Positions 1 through 8,335 of a stretch of 39,341 nt of DNA are shown one piece after another. The DNA is from a virus (lineage: Duplodnaviria > Heunggongvirae > Uroviricota > Caudoviricetes): the IMG/VR virus record IMGVR_UViG_2901984674_000003; one strand, 5' to 3'. Within the stretch, counting starts at the first letter, position 1. Every line of letters begins with the position of its first letter. The notes beneath the pieces are model-generated. The model had not been told where the DNA came from. It saw nothing but the letters and a program-made list of their open reading frames with translations, and searched no databases. The translations under genes and the position numbers were made by a program.

Positions 1-94
1 TCACTGAAATAACGTAGTTCTCTAAGAACTTAGTCTAGACAACAAAACTTGTATTACTACAAGTTACCTACTTTAGTAGGTGGTTACTGTTGAC
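1..94 (-). ncRNA. 5' part of a HEARO/IscB-type omegaRNA (end of an IS200/IS605 element that continues left of the window)
   Basis: Minus strand reads GTCAACAGTAACCACCTACTAAAGTAGGTAACTTGTAGTAATACAAGTTTTGTTGTCTAGACTAAGTTCTTAGAGAACTACGTTA. It has a GTCAA start, an ACCTAC-TAAA-GTAGGT hairpin, a CTTGTA/TACAAG hairpin and AGACTAAG...CTACGTTA, all typical of HEARO 5' ends. No iscB ORF is in the window. Confidence 0.75.
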
Positions 95-423
95 ATTCCA
101 TAGCCTTACCTCACTTTTTTGTTTTTTTAATTAATGACCCCACTGAGTACTCGAAACTCATGTCTATCCACCTAGCAGCAACGATAGGTATAGAATAGGG
201 TCTAACCTACATTTGACTCTACTCACAAATACGAAGAAGTTACAGAATATAGTCTTACGAAATCAAACGGAAAAACAACTGTAAAATACCGTCCTTTCAT
301 AAGATTTAAGGTAGAGTAGAGCAAATGGAACTCGGTTTACCGCAAAAATATTAAATTGTAATCGGTAGGATTGTCCTACCTATAACCTACCAACCTTTTA
401 CAACTGATAGGACTAACCAAGTT

Positions 424-690
424 CTAGGTTTCTTCATAAAAATTATGATAGGTTTGACCGACTAATTGATATTCTTTGACCTTAATAGAATCAGGTAAAT
501 ATTCATCGCCCTTAGATCTAAAAATATCGGCAACTTCCTCAGCGTGTTCTTTTGTAGAGCAAATAGCAATGTTATGCTCAATAAGAACCGTTCTAGTATG
601 GTATTTCTCAACTTTTACCTGATACTCAGTACCTGTCACAATCCAAATTTTATTCATGCAAATCTTCCTCTTTAACAAACACACCGTCAA
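424..690 (-). CDS. hypothetical phage-like protein
   Basis: ORF in the co-directional gene run; the real start may be the second Met (MNKIWIV). Confidence 0.6.
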   Translation of the reverse strand: MTVCLLKRKICMNKIWIVTGTEYQVKVEKYHTRTVLIEHNIAICSTKEHAEEVADIFRSKGDEYLPDSIKVKEYQLVGQTYHNFYEET

Positions 691-1204
691 TCATTTTGCC
701 TTTGCGATTCTTGATTTCGTTGTATGCCATTTCTAATGTTTCTTCCAAGGTAGTGTTGTATTCCTTAGCAATGTCATGTAAGCATTCCATAGTACGTTCT
801 ACTGAAAGATGTTCAAACTCAATAGGACGGTTTCTGTTGTATGCACTGATAATTCGTGAGCTACTGAAAACTAAGTAATTGAACACTTTGTTTACGTCAA
901 AGTTACCCTCTTCCTTATGTTTTTGGGCAAGGTCATCATACTCAGTCCAGAAATTGCCTTCTTCTTCAACTTGTTTTTTAAAGTCGATACCACGAATTAA
1001 GCAATAGATAATTAAGGTTACTTGGTAATCACCTAAGCTATCTTTTACCCCAGAGTCACCATTGATGTTGTCTTCTAACATAGCCAGCCCCAACTCGCCT
1101 TGCTCTTCAATCAACTTAGTGTATTGAGTTCTTGCTTCAACAGTGTCTAAACCCCTGTCTTTAGCCCATTGCTCAACCTTATCCAGTAATTCTAAATAAC
1201 TCAT
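650..1204 (-). CDS. MazG-like nucleotide pyrophosphohydrolase (phage type)
   Basis: KLIEEQGEL, DSLGD and AYNEIKNRKGKMIDGVFVKEEDL motifs typical of phage MazG-like proteins. Confidence 0.85.
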   Translation of the reverse strand: MSYLELLDKVEQWAKDRGLDTVEARTQYTKLIEEQGELGLAMLEDNINGDSGVKDSLGDYQVTLIIYCLIRGIDFKKQVEEEGNFWTEYDDLAQKHKEEGNFDVNKVFNYLVFSSSRIISAYNRNRPIEFEHLSVERTMECLHDIAKEYNTTLEETLEMAYNEIKNRKGKMIDGVFVKEEDLHE

Positions 1205-1356
1205 CAGTCATCATGCCTACTTTCTTTTTTAGGAATATATAGATGTTTTGTATCTATGATAATATCGTTCAAAGAACCTTTGTATTGGTTCTTCCTAGCT
1301 TCTCGATCTTTGATTTTCTTCTTAATATATTTCTCGATACGTTTTACAAGTCCCAT
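1204..1356 (-). CDS. small basic hypothetical protein, 50 aa (MGLVKRIEKY...), not in the ORF track
   Basis: GGAGGG RBS; its TGA overlaps the next ATG (TGATG), suggesting translational coupling. Confidence 0.65.
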   Translation of the reverse strand: MGLVKRIEKYIKKKIKDREARKNQYKGSLNDIIIDTKHLYIPKKESRHDD

Positions 1357-1380
1357 GCCTTTACCCTCCCTTCTTAGGTT

Positions 1381-1830
1381 CTAGGTTTCTAGTCTTGGCC
1401 CTTCATCATACTTCCAGCTAACAGTTAGAATTACTGGATCTTCATTGCTTATTTCAAGGCTTAAGTCTTGATCGTCAAGAACTTCAAGCCATTCTCGCAA
1501 CGTCGGAATATCAACGCTTGGTTTATCTTCTTTCTCAGCTAGATAGAGTTGGTTTTTGTATTTGTTGATGAAATCGTCCAAGCTATAACGGAGTGAACCT
1601 TTATTTTCAGCAGCTTTAGTCAAGTCAAACGATGCTAATTCTGCTACCTTAACAATATCAAAAACAATCATTTTTGCAAGAAGATATGTATTGTATGCCA
1701 CTGGAAGTAGCTCATCATCAGTTTTGCCTTGTATATAATCTTTGATTACTTTGACAACATCATGGTTTGCATTCAGATCATCAAGTAAAGTACCATCTAA
1801 GACGTTGTCCCACTCGAATAGATTACCCAT
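1381..1830 (-). CDS. hypothetical acidic protein
   Basis: 149-aa ORF with GGAGGT RBS, tightly packed with neighbours. Confidence 0.7.
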   Translation of the reverse strand: MGNLFEWDNVLDGTLLDDLNANHDVVKVIKDYIQGKTDDELLPVAYNTYLLAKMIVFDIVKVAELASFDLTKAAENKGSLRYSLDDFINKYKNQLYLAEKEDKPSVDIPTLREWLEVLDDQDLSLEISNEDPVILTVSWKYDEGPRLET

Positions 1831-1832
1831 AG

Positions 1833-2228
1833 CTACACCTCCAGCGTTAGTTCTTCTGTTTCTTCTTCAACTTTGATAATTGGCTTGTCCTTACCTCTTA
1901 ATTCACTAACAAAAGCTCTAAACTCATCTGCTGAATGTACTTCTAACAGTTTGCTACGGCTTAGGATAACCGTTGGTGCGTCAACCATATCATTGCGTGT
2001 CTTAACTTCTGCAAGGTATGTTACAGGCATAGAACCTTTGATTTTTACACGTATGGCAAAAGCTCTTGCATTATCGTTTTTCTTATCTACAAACATAGCG
2101 TGGATTGACTTGATTACATCACCACGTACACCGTAAGATGAAGGTTTATAACCATATTCTTCAGCGATGCTTAGGCTTTCTTCAAATGTATCAACCAGCT
2201 CTTGCCTTACATTAGCGAACATTTGCAC
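1833..2228 (-). CDS. hypothetical protein
   Basis: 131-aa ORF, GTG start, AAAGGA RBS. Confidence 0.7.
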   Translation of the reverse strand: MQMFANVRQELVDTFEESLSIAEEYGYKPSSYGVRGDVIKSIHAMFVDKKNDNARAFAIRVKIKGSMPVTYLAEVKTRNDMVDAPTVILSRSKLLEVHSADEFRAFVSELRGKDKPIIKVEEETEELTLEV

Positions 2229-2257
2229 ACGCTCACGTCCTTTCGTTTATCTATACT

Positions 2258-2644
2258 TTAATTCCAATAAAATTCGTAAGTCTTAAGTTTGTATGAAAGA
2301 TCGATATATGTTATATCTACATATGTTCCTATCTTGTTACGTTTACATACTTTTTCTAGTTCCTTATAGATATAATCCTCATCGCTATGCAAACCATTTC
2401 TTACCATAATTTTTTTGAAATAGTCAGAGTTACAAATCCAATAATCTCTACCTTTTTTTGCAGAAATTATGAACTCCTGTTTTAGATAATTAAACATAAT
2501 TGGAGCCTCATTCTTAGCTAATTCTCTCATTTTAGCTTTTTCTTTTTTCTTTTCGACTTTTTCTTCAGTTTGTTTTGCTTTTGTTATTTTTCTTAGCTCA
2601 TCAGCTAATGATTTTTGCTTTGATATACCTAACTTTAGCCACAT
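2258..2644 (-). CDS. hypothetical phage-like protein (start corrected to MWLKLG at 2644)
   Basis: AGGGGG RBS precedes ATG 2644; the longer track ORF runs into a structured non-coding motif. Confidence 0.7.
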   Translation of the reverse strand: MWLKLGISKQKSLADELRKITKAKQTEEKVEKKKEKAKMRELAKNEAPIMFNYLKQEFIISAKKGRDYWICNSDYFKKIMVRNGLHSDEDYIYKELEKVCKRNKIGTYVDITYIDLSYKLKTYEFYWN

Positions 2645-2680
2645 ATAAATCCCCCTAGCTATTAGTTTGTTTTTATGTAT

Positions 2681-3183
2681 GCCCTGCTGCGTTCTCAAAA
2701 CCGCACGAACTCTCAAATCATGGTTACAGGGCTAGTTAGTTACAAGGCAAGGAAACGGAATAATATTATATGCAACAAGGTCACTCACGACCTTTCAAAT
2801 ATTATTTACCTCGCAACCTAGTAGAGTATTCAAAAGAATGTAGTATTTGTATAACGCTTAGGCACTTTGTTATAACCGACTACAAAATCCTTCGGCAAGA
2901 TGTGGTTAACGGAAAAATTTGACTGAAATATAAATAAAAATTTAAAATCAAACCTACACCTTGCCTATGCCCTACCTTGCCTTCAGATACAAGCAACCAC
3001 TCAAATCGTGTGGATATAGGGCTTTGTGCAAAATTTTATAAAAAAAGGAATTTTACTGTTTTTATAAGACGTGTCCTTTAAAGCCAGTAGCTTTAGTTTG
3101 TTTTTGCAAAGAACAGTAAACTTTGCAATGCCCTACCTTGCTCTCGAAAACGTAAGACCACCCAACTATTGTGGCTGTAAGGC
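2681..3183. repeat. three copies of a ~53-nt stem motif (2681-2732, 2969-3022, 3130-3183)
   Basis: Each is closed by GCCCT...AGGGC-type arms; two copies share TGCCCTACCTTGC; a fourth copy lies at 14711-14763. Confidence 0.75.
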
Positions 3184-3224
3184 TAATGTTGACGGAAAGT
3201 AGGTTACACGCTAGGACTAACAGC

Positions 3225-3770
3225 TTATCTGTAGTTAGTTCTAACCAGTTTGTTTCTTGTAACAGGCTTGATGGGCTTTTGCAAATCCATGTTGTTAGCT
3301 TCAATCATTGCTTGCAACACCTTGTGACGATACCTAGGTACATTGCTTTGCAAAACAACTTGCTTGTAGGTTAGCACCGTAGTTCCAGCTGGATATTTCT
3401 TGTCAGCTTTCTTATCGTTTTCTTCTAACTTGATGTTACTTTTTGCAACAATCTTAGTCCCAGCACTGGTCTTTAGGAAATAACAATCCTTACCCCTGTA
3501 GTTTTTGATACGATAATCTTCTACCTTATAAGCAGCTGTTTTAACGGAATGACTTAAGTCCTGGTTAACCTTAAGGTAAAACATCGCTGTAGCCAAAATC
3601 ACAAGTATCATTTCTATCAAGTACTTTTGAGTTTTGACTACTGACTCATCAGTAAAATGAACAATGTACAACATTGGTAGGACACAAGCTACAATGCCAA
3701 ATATAGCCAGCGCTAACAAATATGGCACGATTAGGTAAATCAGTTTATCAAAAAGTAGAAACAAATCCAT
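3225..3770 (-). CDS. two-TM membrane protein, paralogue family A
   Basis: Two hydrophobic segments, then a YKV..Y...Y.LKT..GTKIV...GT...Y..P.Y domain shared with 8885, 11554, 17881 and 18467. Confidence 0.75.
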   Translation of the reverse strand: MDLFLLFDKLIYLIVPYLLALAIFGIVACVLPMLYIVHFTDESVVKTQKYLIEMILVILATAMFYLKVNQDLSHSVKTAAYKVEDYRIKNYRGKDCYFLKTSAGTKIVAKSNIKLEENDKKADKKYPAGTTVLTYKQVVLQSNVPRYRHKVLQAMIEANNMDLQKPIKPVTRNKLVRTNYR

Positions 3771-3958
3771 GGTGCAACCTTCTTTCCTAAAGTATGTAGT
3801 AATGGTTTTGGCTTGGTTAAGCCTATGACTTAGTACCCTTCGACAAGTGCTAAGTCTAACGTTTGTTTGAGATCCTGATTTTTACACGGCATAAAGTTGT
3901 GAATGTATACCGTCCAAACGTTAGCAGTTTTGTGACATGCTAGGGTCAAGCATTGTCG

Positions 3959-4165
3959 TTACTTGCTTTCTTCTAATTCAGATAAAGTTTTGTTGAGCTT
4001 AGTATCTGTTGTTTGTATAAAATCTAGCAACTCACCAAAAGCATCGGCTAGTTTCTTTTCATTATCTTCTGCATTCATTGCTAAATTCATACTTTTAGAT
4101 TCAATTGCATTGAATGCAGCTGCAACTAAGTCACGCTGTTTAGTTAATTTTTCAGTTTCAGTCAA
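3959..4165 (-). CDS. small coiled-coil hypothetical protein
   Basis: 68 aa, TTG start, overlaps the upstream stop. Confidence 0.6.
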   Translation of the reverse strand: MTETEKLTKQRDLVAAAFNAIESKSMNLAMNAEDNEKKLADAFGELLDFIQTTDTKLNKTLSELEESK

Positions 4166-4445
4166 TGTTAACCCTTCTTTCTGAGTTTTCCTTTCCCATT
4201 CCTAGTGCTAATGCCATGAAGATTAGTTTGTCTGCGTTACACATATCATCGAAAAGTTTATACAAGATATAAGGTGTATTTTCGTTTTTACCTTGAATCG
4301 AAGTTCCTATTAAACCATCGTTTCCTAAAGCTACAAGCACTTCGTCATACCCTTGTTTTTCTAAGATTTGTGCGATGGTATCAGCTTCTTTGTAATTTTC
4401 TTTTGCTTGTCTTACTTTTTCGTTTATGCCAATCATATTAGCCAC
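4158..4445 (-). CDS. hypothetical protein
   Basis: 95 aa, GAGGTG RBS, downstream of a consensus promoter. Confidence 0.7.
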   Translation of the reverse strand: MANMIGINEKVRQAKENYKEADTIAQILEKQGYDEVLVALGNDGLIGTSIQGKNENTPYILYKLFDDMCNADKLIFMALALGMGKENSERRVNID

Positions 4446-4519
4446 CTCTTAAATCCGTTACTAAAGAAATCTAATATACGATACTTTAAACGTAAGTTTC
4501 TCGATTAATTCATAAGTTT

Positions 4520-4570
4520 ATTATACCCTGTTTCCAACATTTAAGCAATTCTTTTTATTAACTTTTTCAA
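4520..4570 (-). promoter_or_regulatory. sigma70-type promoter with upstream TTGAAAAAGTT box
   Basis: TTGCTT(4548-4543)-17 nt-TATAAT(4525-4520); box at 4570-4560. Confidence 0.75.
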
Positions 4571-4581
4571 ATTGAATTATT

Positions 4582-5151
4582 TCAATCCCTGAACTTGCCT
4601 ATAAAATAAACATTGGTTGTGCCTATTTGCATGGCTTTCTCAGCATTGCGAAAAGGTAGGTCTTCTTTCTTGTACTTAGATATAACGACTTTTCCATCGA
4701 AAGTATAAGTATGGTAACCTTCAAACATCAGCCAAAAGTTGTAATAACCTACGTTGTTTCTGACAGCATAAACCGACATTATTAACATTATGATCAGGTT
4801 CATAACAATCGTTGGACTAGACTCTGGTTTTAACGTTAGTACAGGTATAGCACACATCAGCAAGAAGTTAGTTATTCCTGGACTTTCCAACTTCCAATTG
4901 GAGATGTCGATCGGATCTTTGCTACGATTTTTAAAATCGACTTCTGCAGAACTCAACCACCAATCGCTTGCAGTAGATGAAAGTATCGTGATTACAACAA
5001 GTGTAATCCATAACCCTGGATTAACACTTAGCAAAGCCTCAACGCTATCCTTAGAAAAATCGTGCAAGTTAGCTAAGAAAACTAGGATAAATACAGGCAC
5101 GTACGAAGACCAAAATAACAAGATTTTGAAGATTTTTGATAGCATCACCAC
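4582..5151 (-). CDS. four-TM membrane protein resembling KwaA of the Kiwa defence system
   Basis: SSYVP in TM1, N-F-L-L..-IP after TM2, YYN..L...GY..Y after TM4; no KwaB-like neighbour. Confidence 0.45.
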   Translation of the reverse strand: MVMLSKIFKILLFWSSYVPVFILVFLANLHDFSKDSVEALLSVNPGLWITLVVITILSSTASDWWLSSAEVDFKNRSKDPIDISNWKLESPGITNFLLMCAIPVLTLKPESSPTIVMNLIIMLIMSVYAVRNNVGYYNFWLMFEGYHTYTFDGKVVISKYKKEDLPFRNAEKAMQIGTTNVYFIGKFRD

Positions 5152-5166
5152 AACCTCTTTTCTAAC

Positions 5167-5280
5167 CTAGATTTTTATTTTTGAAAGATATTTACCAACA
5201 ACAGCCAATACCTTATTCAACTCTTTTTCCATATTTTGGAATATTCTGTACACCGAAAGAGCATTACTCTCATTTGCCAT
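5167..5280 (-). CDS. small hypothetical protein, 37 aa (MANESNAL...)
   Basis: Overlaps the end of the methyltransferase gene; GGAG upstream. Confidence 0.4.
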   Translation of the reverse strand: MANESNALSVYRIFQNMEKELNKVLAVVGKYLSKIKI

Positions 5281-5746
5281 TAACAAACACACTCCACCTT
5301 GTTTTACTTCGTTTATCGCCTAGAATTGGCTTTTGTTCAAACACTTCAAACACATCTTTAATTTTGATTTGATCTTCGTTCCATTTAAACAGCAGCACAC
5401 CATTAGGCTTTAGCACTCTCATACACTCATCAAAGCCTTGTTTTAGGTCTTGTTTCCACGTATCTTTATTGAGTTTTCCATACTTTTTAACTAACCAAGA
5501 GTTAGATCCAGCGTGAATCAAGTGCGGTGGATCAAATACCACTAGGTCAAAGCTATCATCAGCAAATGGTATATTTCTAAAATCAGCCACTAGGTCTGGG
5601 TTGATCTTCACTTCTCGCACAACATCTCGATCGGTATAAGCCAACACTTCATCACGGATATCCATGTACGTAGTGTTAGGCTCGTGCTTGTCGTACCAAA
5701 ACATTTTTGATCCACAGCACACGTCTAGTATTTTCATCGACATCAC
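5270..5746 (-). CDS. class I SAM-dependent methyltransferase, phage type (probable amino-methyltransferase acting on DNA)
   Basis: ILDVCCGSKMFW SAM-binding motif and VVFDPPH catalytic motif. Confidence 0.85.
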   Translation of the reverse strand: MMSMKILDVCCGSKMFWYDKHEPNTTYMDIRDEVLAYTDRDVVREVKINPDLVADFRNIPFADDSFDLVVFDPPHLIHAGSNSWLVKKYGKLNKDTWKQDLKQGFDECMRVLKPNGVLLFKWNEDQIKIKDVFEVFEQKPILGDKRSKTRWSVFVNGK

Positions 5747-6273
5747 CTGTCTTTGCTTGGTTTAAAAATAACTGTACTTCCATCATCAGTTAGATAAACA
5801 TATATTTGATAGCTCTTCAGATATTCAAGCACAGCTTCGTCCAACACGAAATAAACATCAGTAAACTTTTCTTTAACAATATTTTGGCTATCACTAATAC
5901 CTTTTTTAGCTTGGTTTATAATTTTTAAAACAATACCATTCACCATTGAACCTATTTCAAAATTCTTGGTTGCTATATCGTGTGCGTTTTCTGCTGTTAT
6001 AACACCGATACCACCACTTGCCTTACATTCTTTACTGCTTAATTTAGGATAAGTATAAGCCACTAAGAATGTTTGTGTATCGTTAGTTTCACCAGCTGAT
6101 ACGCTGACTCCATAGCCTAATTTCTCTAACATGTTCTTTACAGCATTAGCATACTTAGTAGGTACTGCAATCTTAGTGCTATTCATGCCTATTTTAGCTG
6201 CTGATAAGATTTTGTTTTTTACATACGTAACCGTTAGTAAATCAATTTCTTCTACGTCCATCATATTCCGCAC
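5743..6273 (-). CDS. hypothetical protein, paralogue of 17364-17855
   Basis: Shared K.vDl...I...A..G.....L..LGY.V pattern. Confidence 0.7.
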   Translation of the reverse strand: MRNMMDVEEIDLLTVTYVKNKILSAAKIGMNSTKIAVPTKYANAVKNMLEKLGYGVSVSAGETNDTQTFLVAYTYPKLSSKECKASGGIGVITAENAHDIATKNFEIGSMVNGIVLKIINQAKKGISDSQNIVKEKFTDVYFVLDEAVLEYLKSYQIYVYLTDDGSTVIFKPSKDR

Positions 6274-6593
6274 ACCGCCTCGGTTAAATGTCTACCAATA
6301 ATTCGGATAATTCTTCCAATAGTTTCAATATTCTCTAAGTCAACAGCCCCACTTTCATCTGTTTCAAATTCAAACCAGTTTCTTACATAGTCGATTTTAT
6401 TGATATAGATATGGCTAGACTTATAGTAGATTTTGACCTCAGATACCAACGTTTCTACGAACTGTTCATCACGTCCGTACTTAAAACCATGGTTATCCAA
6501 TACAACGACTTCTAAGCCACTGAATCTATCACCAAAATTTAGAGGAAACAGAGTCCTTAGCTCATTCATCATGTTCTTCATGTTTTCATTCAC
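6261..6593 (-). CDS. hypothetical protein
   Basis: 110 aa, overlaps both neighbours as expected for coupling. Confidence 0.65.
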   Translation of the reverse strand: MNENMKNMMNELRTLFPLNFGDRFSGLEVVVLDNHGFKYGRDEQFVETLVSEVKIYYKSSHIYINKIDYVRNWFEFETDESGAVDLENIETIGRIIRIIGRHLTEAVCGI

Positions 6594-6858
6594 GATCCAA
6601 TTGCTCCTTTACAAGCTCTCTTTCATCTTTGCTCAGCCTATCGTATAATCGTACAATCAGCTTACTGGCTAATCTATCATCAAATATGCCACCGTTATTT
6701 AGTAACCCTAAAATTAAGGCAAACTTTTCTCTTTCTTCCAAACCCCTGATAGTTCCTACTAGCTCTGTTTCATTATCAATTAAAACAACGAACTTCTTAC
6801 ACCCAGCTTGATTAATAGTTTTGATAACTTTGTTTGATAATTCTTTTGCTTGATACAT
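6586..6858 (-). CDS. hypothetical protein
   Basis: 90 aa, GGTGGTGA RBS; weak resemblance to 4158-4445. Confidence 0.65.
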   Translation of the reverse strand: MYQAKELSNKVIKTINQAGCKKFVVLIDNETELVGTIRGLEEREKFALILGLLNNGGIFDDRLASKLIVRLYDRLSKDERELVKEQLDRE

Positions 6859-6869
6859 ATAATCACCAC

Positions 6870-7052
6870 CTAACCTCTATTAAAAGCCACAATAACTAAG
6901 CAAAAAGAAGCAGATACTAAAAGCCCTATAACGTAGACTAGAAGTAAAAATAACGGATCGTCATTAAATAGCATACTTATTACAAATGATAAGATTAGCA
7001 TTATCAAAGAAATCAATAATACGATTAAAGCTATAATTTCTATTGCTGTCAT
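6870..7052 (-). CDS. small two-TM membrane protein
   Basis: 60 aa, almost entirely hydrophobic, AGAAGG RBS. Confidence 0.65.
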   Translation of the reverse strand: MTAIEIIALIVLLISLIMLILSFVISMLFNDDPLFLLLVYVIGLLVSASFCLVIVAFNRG

Positions 7053-7086
7053 TAGTTTCCTTCTTTCTAACCTTAGTATTTCTCTT

Positions 7087-7323
7087 TTACAACTTTAAAT
7101 TCCATGCTGCAACCGATAGTGATGCAACTATTCCTACTAGGCTTAGCAAAAACACAATCCAACAAATTACACAAGCATTCTTCGATAATTCTAAGTCATC
7201 TTTGGTCAATATCGCTCCATAAGTAAAGATCGACACAATCATTGATATTTCAAAAACAATCCACGACCATGGTATTTGATGTATGCCAGGAATTTTGATG
7301 GCTAATAAATACACAGATGTCAT
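7087..7323 (-). CDS. small membrane protein
   Basis: 78 aa hydrophobic; ATGA overlap with the ATPase stop. Confidence 0.6.
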   Translation of the reverse strand: MTSVYLLAIKIPGIHQIPWSWIVFEISMIVSIFTYGAILTKDDLELSKNACVICWIVFLLSLVGIVASLSVAAWNLKL

Positions 7324-8330
7324 GCTTGCCCTTCTTTCTGCTTCTTATGCAAAATAGAAAACTCACGCTGAGTGAAGTCAAAAGCATTTACGGTAGGTAT
7401 ATCGCCGTACAACCTAATATACAGTTGTCTAAGATAATCATACGGATCATCTGGATCGCTAAAAGCTAACGATACTTTGATAAGATTTCTCAAATTACCA
7501 GGGTTTGGAACATCACTATATCTAATAATTTTTTCAAAAAAGTTCATGTCCTTACGTAAACCCTTGTATTGCTTCATATATTCTTTTAATAAATATTTAG
7601 CCACTTCGATCTTGTCATTTTCGGTATAACGATCAAAATCTACCGTTGCATCAAATCTTCTCGCTAACGCTTTATCTAAATACTTAAATAAGTTTGTCGT
7701 AGCAATTAAGACTACATCTGGATTTAGATTATCGAATTGTCGCAAAAACGTTGATGTAACACGTCCCATCTCTCGAGAATCATTTTGATTGATACGATCA
7801 AGTGCAACGGCATCTATTTCGTCAAATAAGATAATGTATTCTTCTAAGGACGGTAGTTCGTTTATTGCTTTGAACATTTTTGTTACATTTTTCATCGACT
7901 TACCTAACTTACTGTCGATTAGACCGTTAAAATCAACTATCAGTAGCTTCCTGTTAAGCTGTTTCGCTATTTGCTTAGCACTTTCCGTTTTCCCTGTACC
8001 TGGGGAACCAACAAACAAGAATTTGTTAATACCTGGTGCCTTACGTTTAACAGCATTAACTATCCCATTAATATCATTCGTGATTGCCTTTGGTAGTAGC
8101 ATATCTTTTGTATCTAATTTAGCTACAGTTAAGTTATCTTCTACAATTGAGTCCTCTGATTTTTGAAAGATTGATTTACGTGATGATATTATCTGCATAA
8201 TCTCTTGCGATAACATCGAATCCCCTTTATTATAAAAGTCATTAGCAATCCTAACTGCTTGATTTTTAAACTCTAGCTCGTTGTCTGCATAATGGTATTT
8301 AACAAGGTCAATTACATCAGCTTTCTTCAT
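7320..8330 (-). CDS. AAA+ ATPase of the family normally paired with an S8 subtilase (IetA-like)
   Basis: Walker A GSPGTGKT, Walker B ILFDEID, ATTN and ALARRFD; N-terminal MKKADVIDLVKYH...F...A..IA..F...GD..LS..I pattern. Confidence 0.8.
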   Translation of the reverse strand: MKKADVIDLVKYHYADNELEFKNQAVRIANDFYNKGDSMLSQEIMQIISSRKSIFQKSEDSIVEDNLTVAKLDTKDMLLPKAITNDINGIVNAVKRKAPGINKFLFVGSPGTGKTESAKQIAKQLNRKLLIVDFNGLIDSKLGKSMKNVTKMFKAINELPSLEEYIILFDEIDAVALDRINQNDSREMGRVTSTFLRQFDNLNPDVVLIATTNLFKYLDKALARRFDATVDFDRYTENDKIEVAKYLLKEYMKQYKGLRKDMNFFEKIIRYSDVPNPGNLRNLIKVSLAFSDPDDPYDYLRQLYIRLYGDIPTVNAFDFTQREFSILHKKQKEGQA

Positions 8331-8335
8331 TAGTT

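Noticed and set aside
2650-3225. Three spaced motif copies as a possible CRISPR array
   Set aside because: Copies are too long and divergent, spacing is irregular (about 235 and 105 nt), spacers are themselves structured, and no cas genes are present.
3062-3304. 80-aa minus-strand ORF
   Set aside because: Out of frame within the 3225 gene, then runs across a non-coding stem-motif copy; no RBS.
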